A stretch of 64,000 nt of DNA, taken from NCBI RefSeq assembly GCF_963921235.1, contig NC_086124.1, forward strand, positions 27,962,001 to 28,026,000, in the 5' to 3' direction. Shown here piece by piece: positions 63,040 through 64,000 of this stretch (the first letter of the stretch is position 1; every line of letters starts with the position of its first letter). The notes under the pieces are model-generated. The model ran no database searches and had not been told where the DNA came from. It was given only the letters and a program-made list of their open reading frames with translations. Origin of the DNA: Mobula hypostoma (Eukaryota). Position numbers and translations under genes: made by a program.

Positions 63040-63321
63040 CCCAAACTGCATGCAGCTTTCCAGGGACGCTCAAATGCTTGATTTCACAAGTGTAAGTGTC
63101 ACCCTTCCCGGGGTCAATGTTGACCTGTTGCCGGACTTGGAATGTCCCATCCCGGTTGGGTAAAATGCTTGTATTTAGCACTTCCCGATCGATTCCTTCA
63201 CCATTCCGCAGCCACATTACGTGGATATCCTTGGGATAAAATCCATGCACTTGGCATGTCAGGGCCAAGGTATTCTCTCTGTTCTTCATGTGTCTTGAGG
63301 TTATTGTGATAGTCGGCTTCG
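63040..63321 (-). CDS. WB: MHC W-category beta chain, beta2 Ig-C1 exon (class I alpha3-like residues)
   Basis: Acceptor tttctgtccactgcag|, donor G|GTAAGG, 282 nt, phase 1-1. KPTITIT...LALTCQVHGFYPKDIHVMWLRNG...ILPNRDGTFQ...YTCEIKHLS...AVW. LPNRDGTFQ has the class I alpha3 Pro and Gly (RPAGDGTF), not the class II beta2 Trp (NGDWTF). Leader and beta1 exons lie beyond 64000. Confidence 0.85.
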
Positions 63322-64000
63322 CTGCAGTGGACAGAAACACATTGAAGCTGAACTTGGTTACAGGATCAGAAAAAGTAAAGAGTAACGGAATTTCAAAGTT
63401 CAAAGTATGCTTATTATTAAAACATCTATACATTATACAGCCTTGAGATTCCACCATGATAGAATGGCAGACTAGACTCGATGGACTAAATGGCCTATCT
63501 CTGAAGGCTAAAACCCTTTAATCTTGCATCCTTGGGACCTGACTGACACTGGACCATAGAAATTGTCTCCTTTAGTCCTAGTCTCGGCCCAAAATGTGTG
63601 TGTGTGTGTGTGTTGCTCTGGATTTCTACCACTTGAAGAATCTTTAGTGTTTAGATACTGTCCCCTGGGTCATTTGCCACTGACCAGGGGAATGGTTCTT
63701 TCAGACACTCCCAATTCACACAAGGGTTTCAAGAACTGTTGGCAACCCAGAGTTTCTGTAAGGTGGAAATACTGCTGGCCAAGAAATCAAAAGTTGAATT
63801 GGGAGGTTAATTAGCTACAGGTTAGTGCAGATCAGAATCAGGTTTGATATCAATAACATACACCCAGTGTCCACTTTACTAGGTACACCAGCTCATTAAT
63901 AAAAATATCTAATCAGCCAATCATGTGGCAGCAATGCAATGCATCAAAGCATGCTGGCATGGTCAAGAGGTTCAGTGGTGACAGACCAAACATCAGAATG

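Noticed and set aside
63040-63321. Calling this exon class I alpha3
   Set aside because: Cannot be fully excluded without the upstream exons. The Gly-patterned class II-like TM and the adjacent WA gene favour WB.

Overview
Vertebrate genomic DNA, about two-thirds transposon debris. It is most likely from a cartilaginous fish, probably a ray; this is an inference from the repeat families and genes present. The window holds an apparently intact four-exon MHC W-category alpha gene (WA, + strand, 34893-46340, 261 aa) whose Ig domain carries beta-2-microglobulin-type residues. It also holds the beta2 and TM exons of a convergent W-category beta gene (WB, - strand, 61094-63321, continuing beyond the right edge). 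The main surprise is upstream. The promoter, leader exon and most of intron 1 of WA are duplicated (1-10176 vs 33934-41133). The upstream copy is followed not by MHC exons but by two intact group-B SRCR exons (12267-12581, 16730-17044) and a truncated third SRCR repeat unit. No transmembrane exon was found for this SRCR module. All coding-exon junctions are phase 1, so it could encode a secreted SRCR protein under an MHC-type promoter, or splice onto WA to give an SRCR-SRCR-MHC chimera. All coordinates, translations and counts were done by hand, and no database searches were run.
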